Shown here piece by piece: positions 12,542 to 26,504 of a stretch of 64,000 bases of DNA. How positions within the stretch are numbered: position 1 is the first letter of the stretch; every line of letters starts with the position of its first letter. The stretch covers positions 102,982,001 through 103,046,000 of the forward strand of contig NC_042999.1 in assembly GCF_006345805.1 (NCBI RefSeq). Reading direction: 5' to 3'. The notes beneath the pieces were generated by a model that was given only the letters and a program-made list of their open reading frames with translations, did no database searches and was not told the DNA's origin. This DNA is from Octopus sinensis (Eukaryota). Position numbers and translations under genes: made by a program.

Positions 12542-13234
12542 CAAGTTAAACCGTGAATCCCAACACTTGTATATATATATCAGTGTGTATGAGTATGTGT
12601 GTGTGTTTGTGTATGTGTATGCAACGTATTGTATAGAGAACCTCATATTTCCAAAAGCCTCATTCTTCAAATCAAAGTATGCATTTAGATTTTTAGGTTT
12701 CCCATATATACATTAGCTAATTTCCTTGAGTACGTGCGCCCACACTCACAGATGTATGCACATAGTCACATACAAATACACACATATACATGTATGCCTA
12801 TATGTATGTATCTGTATAGAAAAGCATGATTGATTTTTTTTTTCATTCTTAGCCTTATTTTCTAGAGTGCAGTGCAAGAAATATGGACATTAATTGATTT
12901 GGCTTCAAAGAAAGAGACTTAAAACAACAGATGAAATTATAACCCTTAACTGATTTGATCTATAGTATGTAAGATCAAAGAATTCTGTGTATTGTACTTC
13001 TAGAGCTTATACTTTTAGGAGTTAGCCAGAGCCAATGCTATCGCTACCGCCGTTGCCGCTGCCTCTGCCTCCGCCGTCGACCACCATCACCACACCCTAT
13101 CGCCACCACCGCCGCCACCGCCGCTATCACAACAATCTTTATCTTTATGCAATACATATTTATCTGCGTATATGTATATCCACACATTATATTAAATGAA
13201 TATACATATGATAGACTAGATTTATATATTCTCT

Positions 13235-13440
13235 TTACTCTCTTTTACTCTTTTACTTGTTTCGGTCATTTGACTGCGGCCATGCTGGAGCACCACCTTT
13301 AGTCGAGCAAATCGACCCCAGGACATATTGTTTTTAAGCCTAGTACTTACTCTATCGGTTTCTTTTGCCGAACGGGGACGTAAACACACCAGCATCGGTT
13401 GTCAAGCGATGTTGGGGGGACAAACACAGACACACAAACA
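13235..13440 (-). mobile_element. SINE family A, 3' half
   Basis: ttttacttgtttc.gtcatttgactgcggccatgctggagcacc signature. Confidence 0.9.
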
Positions 13441-15127
13441 CACATACACATATATATATTCATTTGTATATGCAAAAATATACACATATAAAAAATTTTG
13501 CGACACACAAACACACACACACGCGCGCACACACATGCACACACACCACAACACAACACAATTTTACATTTGTGCGTGTATGTATGTATGAGTGAGAATG
13601 TGTATATGTGTGTATGTGCGTTTGTGTAAGTATGTGTGTGTATGTGTATGTGTGTATGTATGTGTGTGTGCTATACTCTGGAGATAAGCAACAGTGATAA
13701 TCGGTGTATATGAAATATTATTTCACACACTTGACACCTCTCACGCATACATGTATAAATGTACGTGTTTGTGTGTGTGTATGTGAGTGTGTGTATGCGT
13801 GTGTGGGGGGGTTTGTGTTTGTATATGTGTGTGTCTTTATGTGTGTGTGTATGTGCGCGTGTGTGTGTTTGTGAAAGAGAGAGAGTGAGTGAGAGTGTGT
13901 GTGTGTTTGTGTCCAGCAATAGGCCATCTCTCTGACTGGCTCCAACTTGTGGTCTACAAACCTGCTGTCTCCTCACTGTCTCTTCTACCGCTATTAAAGT
14001 AAGAGCAGATGAGACGTTGAGCCTGCAGGTAGATGAAATCATGTGACTCATTCATACCAATCTCTCTTTTTTCTTTTCTCTTTTACTTATCTGAATTTTT
14101 TTCACACTCAATCAGACCTCTAACTATTTCCCAAAGGCATTATTTTCAGGTTTGAACCGTCTAGATTTCGTTCTTTGCAGTCGTCACTTTGAAGTTGTCC
14201 AATAGGAATTTTGTCTGCATCGATATCACCTGCCTTCCACGGTATATGAAACGAGCCGTGTGAACATCACTTTTCTCAAGACATAGTGTATGTTCAGTTG
14301 TATATCCCTAACGTAACTAATGTACTCTCTTCTTCTCACGGCAGTAAATATATTTATTATGTTTAAATATATTGGAAAAAATAATGAAATATGGTTAAGA
14401 TAAAGCAAAGTGCACTTATTTATCGCTGCAGATATCAACATCTTGAAATATACTTTGCGTTGACTAGTCTCAAGAACTTCGCGGTTCTACACTTCCTATA
14501 ATAATACACAAAGTAAAATTTTCGCGAAAAATCGTTATATTCATCGTGTATAGGGTAATCTGGAACGATTATTTGCATATTCATTCTTAATTCGTTCCGA
14601 CAGATTTGAACGCAAAAATACTAGTCGCTGTTGAGTACGACAGCTAATTGCAAAGCGATGCCGAGTAGTTAGAAGTTTAATTCAATAATTTTGCATTAAT
14701 ATGTTTTTGGCGAATATTTCCTTTTCAAAAATATTTCCTTTTCAAAAATATTTCCTTGTTTGTCATATTTTCCTGTGACTTTTCAAATTAGTTTTATTTA
14801 TTCTATCGAATACCACATGGAGTTCCAATTTATTAACAGATATTGGCAATATCAGAGCGGCAGCTAATGTTATCACTGAATGTTAAATTTAATCTTGAGA
14901 TAAAATACAGACTTTCCTTTCTAACTGCTAATAACCATCACGTTAAGACTTCATCAGAAGTCTTTTTCCAATAAGTAGTTCTTTTCTGAGATTAAGATTG
15001 AGTAAAATCATACTAGTTAAAAGTTAGGTTTAATTTCAACACGTAAAGACATTCTTGGCGGTGTAAATTTATTCAAAACTTCTACGGAATAATCTGTTAC
15101 ATCTTTATCTGTCAACACTTCAGTATA

Positions 15128-16396
15128 TGAAGTATATTCCAGAAATGTTGAAACTTTTTCAGGAGTGACATTTATTAATTTTAAAGTAGTACAAAGTTCT
15201 AATCTCCTTCAAAGTAGGATCCTCTGACTTCAATATACTTGTTGTAGCACTCCAGCCACTTCGTAAAAGCCCCGTGGAAGTTCTCCAAAGTGAAGGTGTT
15301 CAAGACCTTTATCGCAAACTACTTTATCTCAATGTTTTCAAAACGGCTATCCTGAGGCTCTCCTTCAGCTTGGAGAATAACCAAAAGGAACATTGAATTA
15401 GATCTGGACTGTAGGGCGGGTGAGAGACAGTTTGATGTCATCTCTGTCTTGTTGTTGGATACCAGGACGGAATTGTATCTGGTGCTCTGTGCTCAGGCAG
15501 GTGCCATTGACCCAAGTGGAAGAGTTCTGGTGTTTTGCGACGAAATGTCTTCCCGAACTCCCTGAACTCCATAATAACCTTCACAACGTACATTTGTCAG
15601 AGGGAAAGTAGTGGATGTAGACGAACTTTATCATGAGTTTCCCGGTGGACTTGCTTGGCCTTCTTGGGTCTGGGGCAGCCAGGATTCTTCCATTGGGCAC
15701 TTTGTCTCTTGGTATCTGGATCATAACAGTAGATCCAGCTTTTGTTACATGTCACCAGAAACTCAAGTGATTTTGTATTGGAGGTAGTGAGCTCAACCAT
15801 CTCCCTGCTGTCACCAACGCGTCTTTCCATCTGTTCGTTACTGAGCATCCTGGGAACAAACATTGTACAAATTTTGCACAAGTTCAGATTTTCACGAATA
15901 CGCATGTGTATAGTTGCAACGCTAACTCCAAACTGTATACTTATTGTCGTTATAGACACACGGCGGTCTTATGAATTTCCTCATCGAGGTCTGATGTTCT
16001 GACATCCATCTCTCTGTCACACATATCATCATCTATCACCTCCTTTCTACAATCCTTGTATGTCTTGAGCTAGCCTAAAGTAGGTAGGTACTTGGCTCAT
16101 ATAAATTAATCTATAAGCAGTCTGGAGCTTCGCATAACACAAAACTTTATTGCGTGGCGCGCTTCCAAATTGTCCTCATATCCTGACTGCATTCTGTAAA
16201 CTAATCAGCTGTAACAAGCAGTGCTTAGTAGGGTGTGTTTAAATTGCTATTGCAGCCATCTACTTCTACCTGGAATTGAAGAAATGGTAGGTGAGCTTAT
16301 TAATTGTATAGTAATGATATACTAAAATTACAATACTCTAGGCCAGTTTTAACTGCCCCTCCTAAAAATGTCTCAAACCTTCTGAAATGCATCTCG
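15128..16396 (-). mobile_element. Mariner element, full-length but decayed
   Basis: ORF 15597-15959 with FVPRML, LVTC.KSW.Y.YDP.TK.QS.QW. Degenerate TIRs flanked by TA at 15126-27 and 16397-98. Confidence 0.85.
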
Positions 16397-16714
16397 TACT
16401 GCTGTATTTCGAATGAACTGTCTCAGAGTATTATTGTTCAGTCATGAAATTAGTAACACATTTGATGATATATTTTCAATTAGTTCTTCAGTTCAGACTT
16501 CAACTGAATTTCCAAGTAATCCTCTGATATCAGCCCCTCCCCACCTTAAATGTGATATATAAGTTTCAGAAGAAATCGCTATCAGATTATAGTTCCAGTT
16601 CATATTTATTTATCAACGTACCGATAACAAGGTCAAGCAATCAACTATCAAATTCTTTTCGTCTTGTGACCTTATGCATACCAGGCGATTACATTCAATT
16701 ATAAATAATAGCAG

Positions 16715-17330
16715 CATTAGACCTGCCCGTGTCGCGGGAAATGTTTGGTAGAAATCTCAACCCAGCAGAGGTAAATGTTCTTCAGTGTATGTCATTGATT
16801 TGCAAAATATTAGCAAATAGAATCGAAACTTACCTATAACAAGTAGCTCAACATCCTGTATGCTTATAACTTTCCAGAAAGAGCGTATTTTCAATGGGTG
16901 ACAGACGTTTTCAGTGCAGCTACCTTGAAACAGTTAGATACTCTTCGACCATCAAATATATCTGCTGCAGTAGTTATTGGTAGTGTGGAAAGTGCCGCCA
17001 AGCTGCATTTCTTCCGACTCTTTATGTTCTGATTTCAAATCATGCTGAGGTCAACTTTGCCTTTCATTCGTGCGACGGTGATAAAATAAAGCACTAGAGA
17101 TCGATGGAATTGATTAAGCCCACTTTTTCAAGTTGGTGTCTGTCTGCCTGAAGTGAGGACCATTTGCGCACAACCACTTGAACAATCTAAACATGAAATT
17201 GTGTATGCTGCTCTCGAGGAAAGGGGGCGGCATTCTCCAACTGAAAAAAATCTGCTTGCTGGAATGTGTGTTGCGGCGTTTCAGTTAAACTTGCCAAACT
17301 TTGGAAATTTGGAGAATATCGTCATCACTT
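16715..17330 (-). mobile_element. Fossil Helitron PIF1-type helicase fragment
   Basis: Degenerate matches to ALA.ASSGIAA.L..GR..HS.FK (AALST..TAADIFDGRRVSNCFK) and GDFRQ.LPV (G.DFYQTFPA); interrupted by a SINE. Confidence 0.4.
17003..17100 (+). mobile_element. SINE family B fragment
   Basis: gttctgatttcaaat..gctgaggtcaactttgcctttcat matches the core of the copy at 51243. Confidence 0.7.
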
Positions 17331-19084
17331 TCATTAATCTTATAAAACAGCAGAGAATCTGAAAAAGGAAGGTCAAAATTTCATCTATTCATTTGATTAC
17401 GTTTATTCCACATATCCCTGTGTTTTTCTTAAGAAACTAGTTTTCTTAAATTGCCTCCAGAGCAGTCTTTCATCATTTCGTCCTCAACCTCAAACATACG
17501 ATAAATCTCTGCAGGTTTGTTAGGTGCATTCAAGACACAATGCAGGGCAGCAGCATAAAAAAATGCGTTGATGGTACTTCTGCCATTCAATTTCGTGCGT
17601 GCGGTTTATTTAAAGATATTGTATAATATATTATCAAAAGTACCTAAGTCCTCAAAACTGTAAGCTCCTCTAACTCAAAATAATAATAGTCTGATAGGAA
17701 ATCTTTCACTATCTTTAGTGCTCACTGCATATAACCTTGTCGCTCCTCTCTGGCGTGTTTGTCATGCATTTTAAAATTATAAACATATAATGAAAGAGAA
17801 TATAGGAGTAATGTAGCTACATGGTATTTGCATTTCCAGAGATCTGAGTGAGCGTGAATCATGCACCGGTCGACGTATTTTTTTTCTCTTTGCTCTATCG
17901 AACGCATGCGTTTCATTTCCTCCATAGAAATACATGAATTTCTTTTTTCGGGAAAATGTGTGACTTGTCATGCATTTCGTAACATAGGAAATGGCCACAT
18001 GACTTCTGGAGCACTAACATATCGAAATCAGCATATTACTTAATTTTATCGAGAATGACTTCGTTATTTGCTTCAGTTTTTCCAATATTAAGATGAATGG
18101 CATGAACCCTATCGTTTGTACATAAACCTTCAGTGTATAATTGACAAATGTGACTAATGCATAGATTTCTACATTAATATTCGTTATAAAGCATCGTGGT
18201 ATACTTCTCTCATGTATTTTGATAGCTCTTGGAAGGAAGATGTCAGAATTGCTTTTCGGTCATATTGCTTTGCATTGATGCAATATTAAGTCAGTGGTTC
18301 CCAAACCTTTGATTGTCCCGAACATCTAGGAAATTTCTGATTAATTTTCGCATATCCTACAAAGCAATATCATCTTTGAAGAGGAATAAGTCTCTTTCTA
18401 ATAACTTATTCAGTTTTGTTTTCAAATTGAGTCACATACACAGTAATGAGGGTAAATACATTGAAGTATATAAAAATAAGAATTTTCCCCCAGTGCATGA
18501 AATGCAAAATTGAGCAATTAGAAAACATAAAGCAAAAACAAAATCAAACTGTGAACAGAGAAGTGAGTCACAATATATAAATTCCATCACTTCTTTTGTT
18601 CTGGATTTTCATTCGGGACTTTATGAAAACGTGATACTGATTACAATATCACGATTACAATCCACAGGTCTGCTTGTAGAATGAGCTACTCATGGGAACT
18701 TATCTGTATTGACAAAAGAAAACTGAAACCGCATGTGTGTCGTTGCAGAAGGGATTAGAATACAATTCTTGGTCATAATCTAATAAATGTTAACTCTACT
18801 CATGTAAAATAATAAAGCTTCTAGTGTGCTTAGAAGCATAAAACTATATTTAAGAGTCTCTTAATGATTTTACTCTCGAAATAAATTTTAATAAAGTATA
18901 GCTTTTGTCGTACCTCCTGAAATGATGGAGGGTAATCCACTCAGAGAAGCTCTGAATTTCAAATTAGTTATCGGATTGACAAAACAATTCCTCTTATAAG
19001 GATATTCTTAAAAGTGTCAGCTATTTCATCCAACGTGGGTAAGTTTTATTTCTGTTAAGAAACTTCTTCCGTTCTCGTACAACT

Positions 19085-19340
19085 TCTCATCGAATCCTTC
19101 GTAATGCTACAATTCCCCTGTCTGCTCTCCTTAATGTTGAACCTCCAGCAGTTTTAAGTCGTGATCCGTGTGATAACTGTTCCATCAAATCAAGGCTCCT
19201 TATATTCGTTTCCATTTGGTGCTCCTGAGCTTCTCTCATTCCTCTTCTCATTGCGACCTTATCGTACCAATCTTGTGAGACGTTGGAATATCTTTGTCTC
19301 AATATTTCGCTTCATATTTCTAATTGTTCCTCGCATAATT
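19085..19340 (-). mobile_element. RTE-like LINE ORF fragment
   Basis: Degraded peptide (REAQEHQMETNIRSL..GGSTL...IVALRRIR) resembles an EN-RT linker; no catalytic motif seen. Confidence 0.4.
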
Positions 19341-20320
19341 CTGATCGATTTGATTTTAATTCAATCCTTCACCAATCTTCATTTCCTTTCAAAAAGAAAT
19401 TTTCAGAAGTAGTAGAAGGCAAAATCAATTTTTGCTTTTGTCTGGGAAAAATTTGGTAAAAAGTATTTGATACGTAATAGACATTAAAATGACAATAGAA
19501 AATTTTACAACAGAATAACATTAAAAGAGATGCAAAATAATACCGTTTAGTACTTCGGTCTGTTGATTATGTTTCAAGTGAACTTTAGGTTAGTTTCGAG
19601 GAAGAAATAAATAAATTGAAAGTTCATAGGAATGCTTTGTTAGAAAAAGAGCTTATGTCTACACATGAACTGTTACATTCTTAGATAGATGTACTAATAT
19701 GTGTGGAACGTGTTTTGATATATTGTGTTAAAAAGTAAGAATTACCTTTTTCAATAAATTATTGATTGTTGGCTTTTATAAGACTCTGTTCAAATCTGAG
19801 TAGAAGGAAGAAATTTGGTGATTCATTTTCGCCAATGTATAATAGGCAACATAGGTAGTATTCAATTGGTAGCTCAAGGTAGCATTTGTTACGACTATCG
19901 ATTCTTGTCGAACGTTAAAAGAGGCTTTTATTGGCTGTGTAGCATGGTGGAATTTCTTCGTTCTTTACACCATAACTTCTCTTTGGAAACTTCTAACTTT
20001 GCATCTTAAATAAGAATACACAAAGTGTCTCATTTTCGAAGTTTGAGAGACAGGGATAGGTCTAGAAATAGATATCAAAGTGTAAGCACGCATGTATGCG
20101 TGTACGTATATGCATACCAACCTACGTACATACGTACCTACGTACATACATACATATATATGTATACATTATTTATAGTCATTATTGCATGCATGTATAT
20201 GAATATTTATATATCTATATCTATCTCTATGTATATGTATTAGCAAGCTCTCTTTCTGCCTCTTACTATGAAAACAACCGTAGATGGCAGCAACAGCAGT
20301 CACCAGTCAAATCTCACACG

Positions 20321-20363
<43 letters not shown>

Positions 20364-20368
<5 letters not shown>

Positions 20369-20688
20369 GGGTAAAGACTCCCTTCGGTCATGAATGACCA
20401 TGGGATTGCACCTAGAAAGTTACCCTCCTAGACACAAGTCCGAGCAAGGTTGTTTATGGAAGACCAGCAGTCGCCCATGCATACCAGCCTCCCCTCTCCA
20501 CGCCACCAGTGTTATCCAAGGGAAAGACAAAGGTCGATACAGCTTGGCACCAGTGACGTCGCAACTCATTTCTACAACTGAGTGAACTGGAGCAACGTGA
20601 AATAAAGTGCTTTGCTCAAGAACACAACACGCAGCCCGGTCCGGGATTCGAGCTCACAACCTCACGATCGTAAGCTCGACGCTCTAAC

Positions 20689-20691
<3 letters not shown>
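20364..20691 (-). mobile_element. tRNA-derived SINE family C, near full length
   Basis: Minus-strand A box gtggttagagcg and B box agctcgaatccc, followed by a CORE-like body. Confidence 0.85.
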
Positions 20692-20783
<92 letters not shown>

Positions 20784-20784
20784 T

Positions 20785-21157
20785 AGGCGTGGCTGTGTGG
20801 TAAGTAGCTGCTTACAAACCACATAGTTCCGGGTTCAGTCCCACTGCGTGGCACCTTCGGCAAGTGTCTTCTACTATAGCATCGGGCCGATCAAAGCCTT
20901 GTGACTGGATTAGGTAGACGGAAACTGAAAGAAGCCCGCCGTATATATATATATATATATATATACGTGTGCATATTTTTGTGTGTCTATGTTTATCCCC
21001 CCCACCATAGCTTTATAACCGATGCTGGTGTGTTTACGTCCCCGTAACTTAGCGGTTCGGCATAAGAGACCGATGCAAAGAATAAGTCCTGGGGTCGATT
21101 TGTTCGACTAAAGACAATGCTCCAGCATGGCCACATTCAAATGACAAACAAATAAAG

Positions 21158-21160
<3 letters not shown>
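20785..21160 (+). mobile_element. tRNA-derived SINE family A, full length
   Basis: aggcgtggctgtgtggtaag head, gggttcagtccc B box, internal (TA)/(TG) tract and conserved tail. Confidence 0.92.
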
Positions 21161-21196
<36 letters not shown>

Positions 21197-21764
21197 AACA
21201 TTTACATATATGTATACACAATCCTTTATGTATGATTTTCATGCTGTAGTGATATGCGGTTGCTGATGTTATCGAATAAAATCTTTATCACGTAAGATAA
21301 ATTGAATGCATTTAGTAAATAAGTTTTAAAGTAGTTCCAGAGACGCAAGGAACGATGAGTGCGAAGTTACAGTTAGAGACTGAAGGGGAAAGAACTGGGA
21401 AGAATTGTTGAGGTAATTGCTTGCACAATGACTAAAAGTGAATTGCAAAGAGGCAATCGGCAGGCTGTTTAAACAACGATGGAAGTTTTGATGTGTACAT
21501 ACATATATTTAGAGAAGCATATGCATATTTTACTGGTGTTTTATAATACATTTTGTATGTTTTATAATGGTAGCTAAGAAAGTATCTTTCCATTTGTTAA
21601 CTTAAAAGAAATTTGCTTGATATGCTTATTTGAAAACTCGGTTTTGAAATTAGTGTTTTCGTTTATGAAATTGTAAAAATGTGAAACGGATATACATATT
21701 TTAAATCATATTAATAAAAGTGGAAAGAAATATAGGCTTGGAGACGGTGTGAGAAGAATATTCT

Positions 21765-21860
21765 TTGATTCTTTAACTTGTTTCAGCCATCAGACTGCGG
21801 CCATGCTGGGGCACCGCCTTGAAAAATTTTAACCGAATGAATCGACTCCAGTATCTATTT
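21765..21860 (-). mobile_element. SINE family A, 3' end
   Basis: cttgtttcagccatcagactgcggccatgctggggcaccgcc. Confidence 0.8.
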
Positions 21861-23285
21861 TTTAATACTAGTACTCTATTTTTAAAGACCAGTGCGGATT
21901 CCTGTATAAGTTTGAATAAGGAAGCTCTGTCCTGAGTATGGTTGTAAAATGCATCCGATCGTGGCAACCTCGTTGGGGAATTCCAGAGTTTTTGAGGAAA
22001 GTGGAACCACCACTTAGCAACTGAACCGGAGTAGCCATGGGTTAATTAGTATAATTATGCCTTGTCGACTTATGCATGTGAAGACTGGATCCGTGACACT
22101 GCATAACCTTCGTGGTTCAACGGAGTGCAAAACGCAAGATGAGGCTAGTAAAATTTCTTGTCCGTCCACTGCATCTGTCTCCATCTCATTCGTCTTGACC
22201 TGGACTTACCATTGAATTAAACATGTTCTTGGACAATATCAGCATGCAAGTCACCAGCCATTGTTAAGGAAGTCTAGATCGTCATCGTCGCTCCGACAAA
22301 TAAACAAGGAAGGGAGCTCAGTAGCAAGTATTCAGTCTGAGAGTAACGACTGCTTTTCCACCGTCCTCACTAATATCAGAAGTCTCTTGCAACAGATTAT
22401 TGGGCAATGCACTTTGTCTTTTCACAGAAACACCTCATAAAAAGAGGAAATATAATCTGTTTGTAACTTGTGTAGTTCAGCAGTAAATATCTCAATCCTA
22501 AGGAAGATATATATAATCAAAACGATACTTAAATAAGAAATTTTATCTCGCTTTAAGGGTGTACTACAAATTTATCTATTATTCAAATGTTATGTTATTT
22601 ATATCCGTTAATGCTGTATTATTTTGCTTTCTTGACACTAAATGTAGTGTTAAAAATAAACAGAAACCTGATATTCAGAGCAGAATGAAATAAAAAAATT
22701 AATGCTGATTGATTCAATAATATTGTTTTGGGTTGTCTTCTAAGAAACAAAACAATAAAATGAAAATAACAAACTAAGTAAATAAACAAATAAAGTAGAA
22801 TAGAATGAGTAGAGAATCAGAAATATAATCAACGAAAAAAATTCTGATGCATTTAAAATATATCCTTCAAGATATATATTCTTGTAGAAGATCCACTGAT
22901 CATTTCAGTACCTAAATTCTGATTAGATTTTGAAAGAAAATATGTAATAAAGAGTATTTATCTATACATCACCTGACACTAATATTGATAATAGAGGTAT
23001 TTAGATAAGAACACCTCCCAGATTAGATTATAGCACTACAAACACCACCACCACCATCACCATAACCACAGTCACCACCAATATCACTACAACCATCACC
23101 ATTATAACCACAACCACCACTCCAACTAGCAACACCGATATCTCCACCACCACCACCACCACAACCACCAACATACCACCACCCCAACACTACCACAGCA
23201 ACAACACGCTTCATTGCTACTATCTCCATCACCACTACTCACAACCCACCACAGTTAACGCATTTACCATCACCGCTAACATAAC

Positions 23286-23700
23286 CTATTTCTTTATTAC
23301 CCACAAGGGGCTAAACATAGAGGGAACAAACAAGTACAGACATAGGTATTAAGTCGACTACATCTACCCCAGTGCGTAACTGGTACTTAATTTATCGACC
23401 CCAAAAGATGAAGGGCAAAGTCGACCTCGGCGGAATTTGAACTTACAACGTTGCGACAGACGAAATACCTATTTCTTTATTACCCACAAGGGGCTAAACA
23501 CAGAGGGGACAAACAAGGACAGACATAGGTATTAAGTCGATTACATCGACCCCAGTGCGTAACTGGTACTTAATTTATCGATCCCGAAAGGATGAAAGGC
23601 AAAGTCGACCTCGGCGGAATTTGAACTCACAACGTAACGCAGACGAAATACCGCAAAGCATTTCGCCCGGCGTGCTAACGTTTCTGCCAACTAACCACTT
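23286..23700 (-). mobile_element. SINE family B, full copy fused to a 5'-truncated second copy
   Basis: Two tandem copies of acccacaaggggctaaaca...gtcgacctcggcggaatttgaac; junction near 23469. Confidence 0.9.
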
Positions 23701-23764
23701 GCACTACGCTCTTAACCAACGCAATCTCCACCGTCGCCACTATCACAAGCGACAAAAACATCAT

Positions 23765-23814
<50 letters not shown>

Positions 23815-23865
23815 AAACTACTTCTAGCGCCCCAGTCGTCATTATATGTATGTATATGACTTTGG

Positions 23866-24070
23866 GTGTGTGTTTGCCCACCACCACCATCGCTTGACAA
23901 CAGATGTTCGGGTGTTTACATCTCCGTAACTTAGTGGTTCGGCAAAAAGAGCCCAATAGAATAAGTACTAGACTTACAAAATAAAGTCCTGGTGTCGATT
24001 TGTTCGACTAAAAGCGGTGCTCCAGTATGGCCGCAGCCAAATGACTGAAACAAATAAAAGAATATAAGAA
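23866..24070 (+). mobile_element. SINE family A, 3' half
   Basis: Family tail signature. Confidence 0.88.
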
Positions 24071-24090
24071 TATATATATATATATATACA

Positions 24091-24168
<78 letters not shown>

Positions 24169-24174
24169 CTATAT

Positions 24175-24238
<64 letters not shown>

Positions 24239-24516
24239 ATATATATATATTTGGTGTGTGTGTGTGTGTGTGTGTGTGTGTATTGTTGTATTTAGGAATG
24301 ATTATGTTGCTAGTTTAGCAAATAAATACACACGCACTATATATTTGGTGTTAATTTGCTTCAGCTTTATTTTTTACATTAATCTTAATCTTATTTCGGT
24401 TAGAGTTCTTTCATCACACTTCTGTGACCTCATCTGTGGTCTTTTACTTTCTTCTTTCTTATTTGTGTGTCTCTCCTTACTAACGGTCAGCCATTTTGCA
24501 AAATAAATATATCAAC

Positions 24517-24860
<344 letters not shown>

Positions 24861-25049
24861 GTAAAGTCAGTCGAATGTTGAATATTGCTACTTGTTTAAC
24901 CCCAGGCAGATTCCATATATATATTTGAAAATTTTTGTGAGAAACTACTTAATGTAGGTTTCAAGTACAAAGGATATTTAAAAATGAAATTTAAAAAGAA
25001 AAATTTATAAAATCTTTTATCAGGATGTTACTAACAATTTTTTTGAAGA

Positions 25050-25400
25050 GCTTTTTTGCGTAGTGTATGAGTGCTTTCGATTACCCTTTTTAAACACACA
25101 AGGTCTCAGTTAATGTATGAAAGAGGAAGTAGTAGTGGTGGCATTAATTTTTTCCGGTTTATTTGGAAAGTTCTACAGATTTTTACAGTTCCAATGATGG
25201 ATTGGATCTGTAGTCTTCGAATTAGCTTCCTCCTTTCTGGTTTGAGAAGCCTAATTTCTCAAGATTGGTATTTAAGCAGTGTGTTACATATCCCAGGGCC
25301 CCAATAATTACAGGTATAACTTTGAAATTGTGATCTGGATAGAATAACTGCCGATTTCTCAATAGTTCACCATAGATGTTCTCTTTTTCACTGATCTTTG
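25050..25400 (-). mobile_element. 3' end of an RLE-type (R2/R4/NeSL-like) non-LTR retrotransposon
   Basis: KENIYGELL...FKVIPVIIGALG...L.KLG is a restriction-like endonuclease C-terminal signature. Confidence 0.75.
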
Positions 25401-25648
25401 TATGCATGTACGTATTTATGTATGTATATTTGTTTGTACGTACATACGTATGTATGTATGTATGTATGTATGTATGTATGTATGTATGTATGTATGTATG
25501 TATGTATGTATGTATGTATGTATGTATGTATGTATGTATGTATGTATGTATGCATATATATATAAAATTATATGTAAAAATATATATAAAAGTATATATA
25601 CATATATGTATTCATACACATATACGCTCACACACACTTGTATGTATG

Positions 25649-25682
<34 letters not shown>

Positions 25683-25830
25683 TGTATGTTTGTATGTATG
25701 TATGTATGTTTGTATGTATGTATGTATGTTTGTATGTATGTATGTATGAATGCATGTATGTATGTATTTGTGTGTGCGTGTGTGTGTGTACGCGCACGTC
25801 TGTATAGGCACAAGGGTGTGTGTTTATGAT
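25400..25830. repeat. (TATG)n compound microsatellite
   Basis: Directly visible. Confidence 0.95.
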
Positions 25831-26301
25831 TTTTCTATTTGTGTGTTTACTTTACACTCCTGAACGTCAGGAGGATCATAATACTTGCTCTACTCGTGGA
25901 AATTACTGAATGAAGCTGACTAGTTCAGTGGAAATTAGATATGTAAAATTGCTAATACACGCAGAACTTTCCACATTTCCATGCTCCACAGATAGTGTTT
26001 AGAATGCTGGCTCCCACGAATAATAGCTATGAATAACAGTCGACTGTACGGGAAGGGATATAGTGACCAGCAAGTATCACAGACACCCCTGATCGATGCA
26101 AACGTGTGTGTCTATAACTGGAAAATATATTACAAGATAATGACAAGTCTTCAGTGCCCCAGTAGGAATGATATTTAGTTAGAACAATCAAAATAACTAG
26201 ATGAAATACAGAGGAAAATTCCCAAGTCCCTGTGTTTCATAAGTAGTATGCGCAAAACACTCGTCGTAAGCAACACTTTTGTAACTTCTGTTGATTAAAT
26301 A

Positions 26302-26353
<52 letters not shown>

Positions 26354-26461
26354 TGTATGGTGTGTGTGTGTGTGTGTGTGTGTATGTATGCATGCATGTA
26401 TGTGTGTGTGTGTGTATATACATATATGTATATATGTGGTGTATATATGTATATATATATA

Positions 26462-26504
<43 letters not shown>

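Noticed and set aside
18292-18320. hAT-like terminal sequence cagtggttcccaaacc
   Set aside because: No matching second TIR or target-site duplication found.
21930-22430. Possible LINE 5' region (TNIRSL motif)
   Set aside because: A single short motif; insufficient support.
23020-23285. Gly- or Thr-rich ORFs here and at 8883-9143, 13030-13135 and 56795-57010
   Set aside because: Degenerate (ACC)/(GGT)/(CCG)/(CA) simple repeats.
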